A stretch of 64,000 bases of DNA from Terrimicrobiaceae bacterium (GTDB taxonomy: Bacteria; Verrucomicrobiota; Verrucomicrobiia; Chthoniobacterales; Terrimicrobiaceae), in assembly GCA_041752695.1 (NCBI GenBank), contig JBGSVZ010000068.1, positions 23,242-87,241 of the forward strand. The letters run 5' to 3'. The position numbers and the translations under genes were made by a program. Below are positions 39,841 through 50,500 of this stretch, piece after piece; within the stretch, counting starts at the first letter, position 1; the number at the start of each line of letters is the position of its first letter. Below the pieces are notes generated by a model. That model saw only the letters and a program-made list of their open reading frames with translations, was not told the origin of the DNA and did not search any database.

Positions 39841-40434
39841 TTAATTCGCCGATCGTGCCACCAGAGCGGATACTTTACGAGCGGCCTGGGTTCCAGCCTG
39901 ACTAATGGTGATCGACAAGGTCGCCAGATTTTCGGAACTGGTTCCAAGACTTCCCGGAATCGTCGTGCCCTTGGTGATTTGGAGCCGGACGTCGTAGATT
40001 TTGAGCGGATCGGAACCGCTCTTCAGCAGGTTGCCCTGGTCGTCGAAATAGTATAACTGCGTCGCGGGGAGGGACTTGTAATCGGCCTGTTGCACTTCGT
40101 TGATTACAACTTGGGTAATTTGTGTGCTAACGCTGGTTTCTACGGTTTGCCGCAGTGTGGTTAACCCAATAGGCATCAGTCCCACCACGGAGATTAACCC
40201 AAAAGCCACAATTCCGAGGGCCATGGTAATCTCAACAAGGGAGAATGCGGAATTTTCTCCTCTGCACAAAAGCGGACTCCACCAGGTCATCCCGGCGGGT
40301 TCCACCTTGCGGCTGGAGAACTCGATTTCTTCAACAGAGGTCCGTTCGGCTTCATGAGACGATCTATAGCATCGCTTCTCGGCGGAACTTGCCTCTGAGC
40401 GGGCAGGAGAGGGAACAACTGGGGGAATGTTCAT
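39841..40434 (-). CDS. Verru_Chthon cassette protein B (pilin-like)
   Basis: AFSLVEITMALGIVAFGLISVVGLMPIGL; YYFDDQG. Start may instead be ATG at 40290. Confidence 0.88.
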   Translation of the reverse strand: MNIPPVVPSPARSEASSAEKRCYRSSHEAERTSVEEIEFSSRKVEPAGMTWWSPLLCRGENSAFSLVEITMALGIVAFGLISVVGLMPIGLTTLRQTVETSVSTQITQVVINEVQQADYKSLPATQLYYFDDQGNLLKSGSDPLKIYDVRLQITKGTTIPGSLGTSSENLATLSITISQAGTQAARKVSALVARSAN

Positions 40435-40731
40435 GAGGTAGGAAGTCGATCTACGATGGGTTTCGTATCTACGATGTATTTACGTGAAGTTAGTGTTTGA
40501 TGCCACATGAGTCCATCCGTGAAAGCGGAATTGTTCTCCGGTATCGCGACACCTCTCGATGTCCTTTTCAAGAGGGTCTCGAGGAGTGGGTTTGCATTGG
40601 ACAATAGCATTGGGGCCGGACTGCTCAAGGAATGCTGACGATCCGTGCGAAGGAATTGCAGGATGGCGCGTCGTCTTGCTTTCGCGGACTTCCTTTGGGT
40701 AGAGAGGAGGCTAGCCGTTACAACCTGCCCA

Positions 40732-42951
40732 ATGATACCTCACCCTGGCCAACTACACTGGCACTTTCCACTTCCACGAACGCACACTGGCATTCTGCTC
40801 GGCAACGGAAAACAGGGGCTCATGGTTTGGGGAGGGGAGCGGTTGCATATCACTGTCGGCCGGGCGGGTTTTTGGGATCATCGCGGCGGCAGGGAGTTTG
40901 CCTCGCGAACGAGCTTTTCGCAACTACGCGGACTATTGGAGGCCGATGACGAGGAGGGGATTGGCAAGGCGTTTTCCCCGACGGTGAATTCCGGTGGTCC
41001 GGAACGCCCGATGCAGTTGGGATGCGGGCGGCTGGAACTGACATTTTCCGATGACTTCCGGCCGGTGAGCGCGGAGCTTGATATTCGAACGGCGACGCTC
41101 GTGGTAATACTTGCTAATGGCCGGGGGGAAGCCTCGCGTGTCGTCATCCGCCAAGCGATGGACGACGAGATTGCGTGGATCGACAGTGAGTGTTTGCACG
41201 CTGTGCATGCGGTGCCGACGTGGGACTTTGTTGCTGAAAGGCTTTCCGCTGTCGGTTGCTTACCCCCGGAACGTTGGGACAACGGGACGAGCGGCGGATT
41301 TTGTCAGACTTTGCCCTCAGATGATCCGCTCGCACTCGCTTGGGAGTGGAAGGGATCGCGGGCGATCCTTGCCACTGCGCTCGGTCCGGGCGCGGCCGGG
41401 CTGGCAAGGAATCGGGTGGGCGGGGCCGACATTGCTTCGCTAGCGAAGAGTGCCGTGGCATGGTGGAGCAGGTATTGGGAGGATGTTCCCGACGTACGAC
41501 TGCCGGATCCGGCACTCCAGCACACTTGGCTTTACGGCGTCTACAAGCAGGCGGGGTTGACAACACCCGGTGCCGTTCCTGCGACTCTACAGGGGCCATG
41601 GATGGAGGAGTATCAGATCCCGCCCTGGAGCAACGATTACCACTTTAATATCAATCTCCAGATGATCTACTGGCCGGCGCTCGGCACCAACCGACTCGGC
41701 CATTTCGGACCGCTCTGGGACATGGTGCGGTCATGGCTTCCGAATTTGCGCGACAATGCCGGCAAGTTTTTCGGAGTGCCCGACGCGCTCATGCTGCCGC
41801 ACGCGGTGGATGATCGCTGCCAGGTTGTTGGTTCCTTTTGGACAGGCACGATTGATCATGCCTGTACAGCGTGGGTCGCCCAGATGGCCTGGCTACACTA
41901 TCGATACAGCATGGACGAGAGCCTGCTGCGGGAGCTGGCCTGGCCGATGTTGTGTGGTGCGTTCAACGGATACTGGGCGATGCTTGAGGAACGCACCACC
42001 GGGGGAGAGAAGCATCTGTCTTTGCCCGTTTCGGTGAGCCCGGAGTTCGGTGGCGCAGGGATGAACGCCTGGGGGCGAGACGCAAGCTTTCAGCTTGCTG
42101 CCTGCCATTTTCTAGCCCGCACCCTGCGGGAGGCCGCAAGGATTCTCGGCGAAGCGCAGGATGAACGCTGGGAACAGGTCACGCGCTTGCTGCCGCCTTA
42201 CTGTGTGGAAACGCCTGAGCGCGGAATCGCGCTCTGGCAAGGACGGGACTTTGATGAAAGTCACCGACATCACTCGCATCTGGCGTCGATCTACCCCTTC
42301 GGCACGATCGATCCGCTGGATTCAGTGCATCGCGAAACTATCGCCTGTAGCATGAGGAATTGGACATCTCTAGGGGCAGGCGCTTGGACGGGCTGGTGTG
42401 TGCCATGGGCATCGATCCTCTGCTCGCGCTGTGGTTTGCCGGATGCCGCCGTGGTTTGGCTGGACTGGTGGAAGCGGGTGTTCACCAACATCGGGCACGG
42501 GACATTGCACGATGCGGATTTTTCGGGGGCGGGCGGGCTGACTGGCGACATGAACGAAAGCCTTTCCGAAGGTTTGCTGTCGAGCGAGCCGAAGCCCGAA
42601 GCGTATCGCGAAATCATGCAGATCGATGCGGGAATGGGTGCGGTTACCGCGATAATCGAACTGCTGGTGCAATGCCACGGTGACTCGATTGCTGTCCTGC
42701 CGGCCATCCCGTCTCGTTGGCGCGATTTTCAGTTTGACGGGATTCGGACGGAAGGTGCCTTTCTTGTCGGAGCGACTGTGAAGGGCGGCAGAAGTGTCGA
42801 GGTGCGCGTGAAGAGTCTTGCCGGTTCGCCGCTTCGTCTTGCCCACGGGATGGGGGGCGTAGTGCTGTGCGATGGCAGGCGGGTGGAAGGCCATGAGTTT
42901 GTCACGGAAACGGTCCCCGGGCGGGAAATTATCCTCCGTGCCGGGGGCTAA
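40732..42951 (+). CDS. GH95-like glycoside hydrolase (alpha-L-fucosidase/galactosidase fold)
   Basis: LLGNG; TLQG; WSNDYHFNINLQMIYW; SVSPE; HRHHSHL; MQIDA; VLPAIP; GIRTEGAF. No signal peptide. Confidence 0.85.
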   Translation: MIPHPGQLHWHFPLPRTHTGILLGNGKQGLMVWGGERLHITVGRAGFWDHRGGREFASRTSFSQLRGLLEADDEEGIGKAFSPTVNSGGPERPMQLGCGRLELTFSDDFRPVSAELDIRTATLVVILANGRGEASRVVIRQAMDDEIAWIDSECLHAVHAVPTWDFVAERLSAVGCLPPERWDNGTSGGFCQTLPSDDPLALAWEWKGSRAILATALGPGAAGLARNRVGGADIASLAKSAVAWWSRYWEDVPDVRLPDPALQHTWLYGVYKQAGLTTPGAVPATLQGPWMEEYQIPPWSNDYHFNINLQMIYWPALGTNRLGHFGPLWDMVRSWLPNLRDNAGKFFGVPDALMLPHAVDDRCQVVGSFWTGTIDHACTAWVAQMAWLHYRYSMDESLLRELAWPMLCGAFNGYWAMLEERTTGGEKHLSLPVSVSPEFGGAGMNAWGRDASFQLAACHFLARTLREAARILGEAQDERWEQVTRLLPPYCVETPERGIALWQGRDFDESHRHHSHLASIYPFGTIDPLDSVHRETIACSMRNWTSLGAGAWTGWCVPWASILCSRCGLPDAAVVWLDWWKRVFTNIGHGTLHDADFSGAGGLTGDMNESLSEGLLSSEPKPEAYREIMQIDAGMGAVTAIIELLVQCHGDSIAVLPAIPSRWRDFQFDGIRTEGAFLVGATVKGGRSVEVRVKSLAGSPLRLAHGMGGVVLCDGRRVEGHEFVTETVPGREIILRAGG

Positions 42952-43066
42952 ACCGCGGGAAGCACGTTTTCGCATCTCCAGCCACCGCTGGGCGGAGGGG
43001 GCCGTGCCCGGATTCCTGAACTCGCGACATCACCTGGACGGAGGACAATGCCTTGTCCCGATACCG

Positions 43067-44173
43067 TCAACTTTCAACACGGATCGGAGTTCCGCGTTCA
43101 ATCGAATCCTCCGCCGCAAACGCCAGACGCATTGTCTCGACTGCTTCGTTGGCCGGGTCGATAGCGCCGCCCCCTGTTGCCACGCTGTGGAGAAAGCGGA
43201 TCACTAGTCCATGCATGTCGTGGTGGGATTTGTCGGGATGATGTGGCCCGAAGAGCTCGGTCCGCTCGAACACGGTATCTCTGCCCTGCTGATCAAAGCG
43301 GAATAAATGGAGCTTCTCGTCGTAAATCTGCATTTCGCATGAGCCCCGAGTGCCCACTAGGCTGATCGAAAACTCGTGGCCGGGAACTTTGCGCCAGTCG
43401 GGATGAAACGGCGGCACTTCGCGGTAATAGGTTGGTGCCCTGTTGTGGAAAACTTGGAAATTGCAGACCGCGCCGCTTTTGGCCCGGAGCATCAGGGTGA
43501 CATTATCCGGGACCGAGGGGGGATAGAAGGAAAGCCCGTTGCGCGGAGGACGGAAGGCCGAGACTTCCTCAATCGGGCCGAGGAGGGTGCGGATGATGTC
43601 CAGTTGGTGAATGCCGCAATGAAAAATGATGCCGCCGCCCCGCGAGCGGTCGAGCTTCCAAATCGAGGCTGGTTCCGCTTTTGGCGAGTCACTCCACCAG
43701 TGCCCACGGGAATCGATCACACTCGCCCAGAGCAACTCGCCGAACCAACCCTCCTGGACGAGCTGACGCAAACGGGAGGTCATTGTGCCGTGCATGTATT
43801 CGAAACCGATCTGGAGGTGCCGGGCGCTCCGTTTTTCGGCGTGAAGCATGGCCTCGCAGTCGGCCATGTTCAGCGCCATCGGCTTTTCGCAATAGACATG
43901 GGCCCCTCCCTCAAGTGCCGCTATGGTGGAGGAGGCATGCTGCTCCGTGGCGTTCACCACGCAAACCACTTCTGGCTTGCGCGGTGAAGCCATCATCGCA
44001 GCCACTTCCCCGTAGGCAGCGACTCCGAACTTGGTCGCCAGTTCCCGCTGCCGGCCGGCGCTGGCCGTGACAATTCCGACGGTCTCAACGTCTTGCTCAG
44101 CCCCTAGGTCGCGCAGAAACGCCTCGCCAACTCGACCGCCACCCACAATTCCAACCCGAATTTTTTTGTTCAT
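43067..44173 (-). CDS. Gfo/Idh/MocA family oxidoreductase
   Basis: IRVGIVGGG, HVYCEKPMA, GGGIIFHCGIHQLD. ATG at 44173. Confidence 0.93.
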   Translation of the reverse strand: MNKKIRVGIVGGGRVGEAFLRDLGAEQDVETVGIVTASAGRQRELATKFGVAAYGEVAAMMASPRKPEVVCVVNATEQHASSTIAALEGGAHVYCEKPMALNMADCEAMLHAEKRSARHLQIGFEYMHGTMTSRLRQLVQEGWFGELLWASVIDSRGHWWSDSPKAEPASIWKLDRSRGGGIIFHCGIHQLDIIRTLLGPIEEVSAFRPPRNGLSFYPPSVPDNVTLMLRAKSGAVCNFQVFHNRAPTYYREVPPFHPDWRKVPGHEFSISLVGTRGSCEMQIYDEKLHLFRFDQQGRDTVFERTELFGPHHPDKSHHDMHGLVIRFLHSVATGGGAIDPANEAVETMRLAFAAEDSIERGTPIRVES

Positions 44174-44517
44174 TATGTGTTCAAGGACGTACGTGAAACT
44201 TCCGATCCGCCTTAATAAGCCGGAAAACTTTTGGTCGAGAAGCAAAGAAGCCTCCACCTCGAGGAGGGGGTCATCTCCTTCGCGGGTGGAGGGCGTGATT
44301 AAGGGTAAAATAGACTGCATTCGGGATCGCTTCGGTGAACATTCAGTGGGGCGTGAGGAACTTCCCTGCCCCGTCCAGATCGCCAAGAAAATGGTTAGCC
44401 GTTCCGCAATGCACGGGAAGCGAGTGCGCGATGCCGGAATAATTAGACTTTATCGCGGATTGGAAGCACGGATTGCGACTGCTAACTTTCTGTTCGAAAC
44501 GCAGCCCCCCCTCCTAC

Positions 44518-47500
44518 ATGTCTTCCCGGTTTTTGGTTCTGAAATGCCTCGTTTGCGTGGCTATTTTTGCGTTGGCCGCAGGTGCTGGCCGGCTTTTTCT
44601 TTCCGCGCAGTCCGGGATTCTCTCTCCTGCCGCTTCGCCGACAGAGCCTGTGCCCCAGAAGGTTGTCGGGAAAGTCCGACATACGGTTTCCTCCATGCCG
44701 ACCAACTCGGGAGGGACTCAGAATCGCCCGGACGCCTTTTTTTCAGTGCCCGTCGTTGTGCAACCGCCGCCGGCCATGGCGAAGTTTGACGAATGGACGG
44801 ATCGCTACCTGGCGGCTTCTGTCGGACCTAAACGGGATGGTCTCGTGGCTGAGGGGGTGGCACTGGCGCAGTCGAGGCGCCCCGAAATGAAGCAGTTGAT
44901 CGAAGCGGACCCCGGTCAGGCCCTTCTGCTGGCCGTTCCTCCGAAAGTGCGTGCGGCGCTTCCCGCCGCAATCCTTCCTGAAATCGAGCGTGAAATCTCC
45001 GGGGAAGGCTTTTTGGGGGTTCTGGCCATTTGCGGGCCGGATACGGACGCCGGGGCTCAGGCCGCAGTAGACTCCGCGGCTCCGCTTGACCGCATCGAGC
45101 GGGAAGTCTGGATAGGGGGTGAGCAATTCCGCGCGCATGTATCCAGACCCGAGTTAGCTATGCTCACCCAAGAAGATGCTTCCATCAACGGTGTGGCAAT
45201 TGATAACGAGCTGGCGCTTCGCCAGGAAAAAATCGTGCTGGTTCCTCCGGAGGATGTCCCGAACATCGATTCCACCACGCCAGGCGTCGCCGGAATTTAC
45301 AAAGGGGCCTGGTATTGGTTCGAGGACATGGACCAGCTTGCCGCTTTTGAGAAAAGTCTTGAGGTACAGCCTTCCGAATTCCCGACGGCAGCCTCCGGGC
45401 CGACGTTGGATCCCGCCTCACCTCCGCCGCAGCCGAGTCCCCCGACGATTGCTTACAACGCCTATGACGGGCCATACTCCTGGCAGCGCGGTCCGAAAAC
45501 CGTGATGGTTTATCTTGTCCGCCCTTCCGATGCGCCGGCTTGGACAAACCCGCCGGATTACAACACGCTGAACAGCCAGCTCGATGAATCGTCCAGAGCC
45601 TATTTCCAAGCCTCCTATGGGAAAACCTGGTTCGGTCCCAAATATGTCTATCCTGGTCAAGCGAATGAGTTGCTGATACCGCGATTAGTCGTCACCCAGG
45701 TGTTGAACTTGCCAAAAACTGCCGCGGAATATACGGCAAATTTTGGACAGTTATATTTCGACTGCGTGGCCGCGGCGCAAGCCCAGGGAGGGACCTTTGC
45801 CACCGATCAGATACATGACCCGAGCAAGTACGACAGACAAGTGGTGATGTCGAACGTTAAGATGATCGGCTCGACAGGTCTGGCTTTCCTGGGTGGGAGA
45901 TTTGCCTGGCTGGGCAATTCGCTCAACGGCTCGGTGGCGCTCCACGAGTGGGGGCATAATTGGGGCGTTCACCACGCCAACTACTGGGTGGGGAACAATG
46001 GCCTCCCGCGCAATCCGCAGGGCACCACGACGGAGTATGGTGATGGCGCTGATATCATGGGTGGAGGCGGCACCATGTTCAACGCGCTGTTTAAGCAAAA
46101 CTTGGGTTTTCTGGATGAGAATCAAGGAGACCTCGTCCAGGTGACGGCGTCCGGAACCTACCGGCTCTTTAACCACACCGACCCCTACGGCGACACCGAG
46201 ACCAGCCGGGTGCGGGGCTTGATTATTCCCGGCAGCAATTGGACCTCGAACCGGATCGTGCTCGGGTACCGTCACGAGGCAGGGGTCGAAGGGGGGCCCT
46301 CGCGCAACGATTGGGATCGGGGGGCAGTGCAACTCCACACTTTGATGCCGTCCGGGCCACAGAGCCAATACCTAGACATAACCCCGGGCTCCAACGCCGA
46401 CGACGACCGGACGGACGGATCACTCAAGGTCGGGCGAACTTACTCGGAAGTTGCCAGCCTTAATCCCACCCAGATCTTTGGCGGAGTGCATATCACGCCG
46501 GTTGGGAGTGGAACAACCTCGGCAGGCGGACGATCCCATAGTTGGATCGACGTGGCCGTCAATTATGGAGGGGCCTCGCCCAATGCACCCACCGGCTCCA
46601 TCGCCACTTCCAACGGTATGCCTTCCGTGGGCCAGCCGGTGACCCTGACCGTCTCGGCTAGCGACGCCGATGGCAATCCGCTCGCTTACGACTGGGATTT
46701 CGGCGATGGCAAGCTGTCAATCACCAACAGCAACGTGCAGACAAAATCGTGGAGCACGCCGGGATTTTACCGCGTGAACTGCACTGTCAGCGACATGACC
46801 GGACGTTCCACGGTCGTCAGCGCGTGGATCAATGTCGGCAATCTTCCTTACCGCACCCCGGAGGATCCCGCAGCGACGATGCCCGGCCTGGCCTACCGCT
46901 ATTACGAGGGAAGCTTCCCGACCATGCCGGACTTTAGCAAACTTTTCCCGCTGCAAAGTGGCACTGTCACGACCTTCAGCATCAGCAACCGTCTGGTGAA
47001 TGACGGATTTTCTTATCTTTACGAGGGATATCTCGATGTCCCTGTCTCTGATGTCTATACTTTCCATCTCGACTCGGACGACGGATCCCGCCTTTACATC
47101 GGAAATTCTCTAGTCGTGGATGGAAACGCGTTGCGTTCCTCCTCCGAGGAGGCAAAAGGGAACATCGCCCTCTCCGCCGGACGCCATGCGATTCGAGTCG
47201 AATTTTTCCACCAGGGTGGCGCGGAAGACCTTCTCGTTAGTTGGAGCACGATCAGCAGCGGAAAACAGCCTATTCCTTCGTCTGCCCTTAGCCAAATCGA
47301 TTGGGGCGGGAATGTGGTGCCGATAGCGGCCGTCTCCGCGCCGATCGACGGTTCGATCTATCCCTCAGGGGCAAGCGTGACGCTCCTGACCAACGCCTCC
47401 GACACGAATGGCATCGCCGCTGTGCGCTACTTCGAGGGACAAAACTTCATCGGCGAATCCTCTACCGGACCGAACTTCGGTTTCACTTGGCAGAACGTTT

Positions 47501-50500
47501 CGAGTGGAGTCCACACGGTCAGGGCCGTTGCTTACGACGCCACCGGACGTTGGACCATTTCCAACACGATTTCATTTGAACTGCGAGCCCCAGAAGCGGC
47601 AAATGTGATTAGCGTTAACTTTACCGGTAATAGCTCCGACGTCGTAACCTCGGGCGAAAAGGCGGGAGCCGTCCAATTTGTCAAAGGATGGAACAATCTT
47701 GTCGGGTCCATCGGAAGCCTCAGTAATTTGAAAGATCAAACAGACACGGCCACCTCCGCAGTTATCTCGACCGATCTCTCTCAGTCTTTTACCACCACCG
47801 GAGGAACGCCGGACGGCAACGGTCGCTTGATGCGCAACGGCTTCTGGGACCGGGATGGAGGCAACGGCCGGGTTTCGGTAAATGCGATCCCGTATCCCGA
47901 GTACGATGTCTATGTCTATCTCGACGCTCCTCTCAATCCCTTTGACAGTGTCGAAGACATCACCCTTGGCTCTTACACGTTAAATGGGATCACCCGCTAT
48001 GCGCGTAATTCCCTGGTGCATGGTGACGCTCTGGGGGATTACCCGACCTACGACACTTGGACGGGAATGAAGGAAGCCGCCGCGACCACCACGTCTGCAC
48101 CTGCGGGTGAGAGTCTGGGCAACTATATCGTTTTTCGTGGCGTCACGGATCCCACCCTCACTCTTGATGTGCAGCAAAAGCGGGCCGTGAACGGTATCCA
48201 GATCGTCCAGGTGCCGGTCTCTTCTCCTAGGGTTATCCTCCGCCAGTCGGTTGGCTCGACCGTCGTCACGGAAGGCGGCGAAGTGGACAGCTACACAGTG
48301 GAACTCAGTGTGGCCCCGACCGCAAATGTAACGGTGACGATAATTCCGGATGGGCAAGTAACTGCGAGTGCGGGAACACTGACCTTTACCCCGTCCAATT
48401 GGAATTTACCCCAGACGGTAACGCTCACCGCGGTGGACGATGCGCTCAACGAAAGTTCCCCCCATGCCGCCACTATTAATCATGCGGTTGGCGGCTCTGG
48501 AATTTACGGGGCGATTTCTGATCGGCAGATTGCGGTTTCAGTCACCGACAACGACCGCCCCACCGTTTCCGTCTATCCCATTGGGCGGGCTACTGAAGGA
48601 GGGGCGAACGGAACGCTTCGTTTTGTCCGTGCGGCAACTCTAGCGGCGGGCGGCTCCCAGACGGTCAGTTTCGCCGCCTTGGGGGGCAGCGGACTCAGTT
48701 TGACGAGTGACATCACTCTCTCGGGCGGGAGTGCGACCATAAACACCGGAGCTGGCACGGGAACAGTCACCTTTCCGTCGAATGCCACGACCGTCGATGT
48801 CACGGTCATGGCAAACGATGATGCTGTGGTCGAGAGTTTCGAGAGCCTTACCGTCACCGTCACGGCATCGCCCGGCTACAATCTCGGCAGCTCGACGGTG
48901 GCGGTCTTGAAAGTCCACGATAACGATTCCATCAATCGCTGGACCCAGTATTTCGTCAACTCAGGCTCGGAGCCGACAAGCTTTGAGGCTAACTTTGACT
49001 GCAATAACAAGAAGATCACGTTCACGCCGGACGGGTCTTCATCCATCTATTCGGCCTCGATGATTTCCGCCAGTTCATTTTCCTCCAGCACCACTGGTCA
49101 CCAGCAGTTGGTCACAGCGACCAGCTATTACTACTCTGCACCTTATCAGGTTTCCTATCCTTCCAAATTTTTTGGAACTACATACAGTACTCTCTGGATT
49201 AGCCCCAATGGATCAATCTGCATGGAGAACCCGGGCTCCCTTAGTGTAGCGCCGAATAAATATTATCCCAGCCTGAGTACTCATTTCACTGTCAAACGCA
49301 TCTCCGCCCTGTTCTCGACCGGTTTCAGCGCTGTGAACGGCACCACGACAATCTACGTCGGCCGCATCGCTTCGGTGACCGGCCAGGAGCGCACTGTGGT
49401 CACCTACAACAATCTCGTCTATAACGGAAATATCAACAACAAGTGCAGCGCGCAGGTTGAACTTTTTGACTCCGGCGTAATTACCATTTCATGGCTGAAT
49501 GGCACCACTCCCACGGGCGTTCTGGTGGGCCTGTCCGATGGCTCGGGTCTCCCCTCTCCGTTTGCCCAAACCAACCTAAGCGACATCTCATTCGGCAGCG
49601 GCAATACCGCTCCGGTGTTCGCCAGTCTGCCCCTGATTCTCGCCACGCAGGGCCAGACTTGGACCTATGAGATCCGAACCTCGGAGCCGGACGGCACACC
49701 TTCGACGATCACCGCACCCAACAAACCGGCCTGGCTGACCTTGACCGATGTGGGCGACGGCACAGCGATCCTGACGGGTATTCCGCCCGCCTCAGGTTCC
49801 TTCCCGGTGGTTGTCCAAGTCGCGGACGCGGCCCTCTCCACCTCCCAGTCGTTTACCCTCACCGTGGTGCCCCCCGGCGGCAATACGCTCCCGGTTTTCA
49901 CGAGCAGTCCGCCACTTGCGGGAACTTCCGGCGACGAACTGAGTTACACCCTGGGGGCGACTGACGCCGACGGCCACACCCTTACCTTCACCCGTGCCAA
50001 CCTCCCTGGCTGGCTGACCCTCACGCCCACGGGCGGGGGGACCGCCTTGCTCACGGGAACAATCCCTGCCGGACTTCCCATCTCTTTCGACCTCGCGGTT
50101 TCGGTAGGCGACGGAGTCAGTGTCACCACGCAAAGCTGGCGGATGACTCTGAATAGTCGTCCGCAGATTCAGATGCTGCGACCAACGGCGGCCCGTCCTT
50201 GGCTGAGTTCCACGGATGCCAGACTCGTTCTCGACGCCCGCGTCACCGACGACGGGCTTCCCACCAACACCTTCACGACCACCTGGAGCACTGTTTCCGG
50301 CCCTGGCGAGGTGGTCTTTGACGATTCCGCCGCCGCCTCGACCCTCGCGAGCTTCCCGATGCCTGGAGTCTATCTGATCCGACTCTCAGCAGATGACGGG
50401 TCAGGTCCCACCACGCACGACTTTCCAGTGTACATCGGTACCAGCCCGATCGCTCCGCTTGGGGTGAACGGAGAGTATTACAACGGCACCGCGTTTGCGG

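Noticed and set aside
44461..44476. Sigma-54 promoter TGGAAGCACGGATTGC before the giant peptidase
   Set aside because: The GG-to-GC spacing is one base too long, and sigma-54 spacing is strict.
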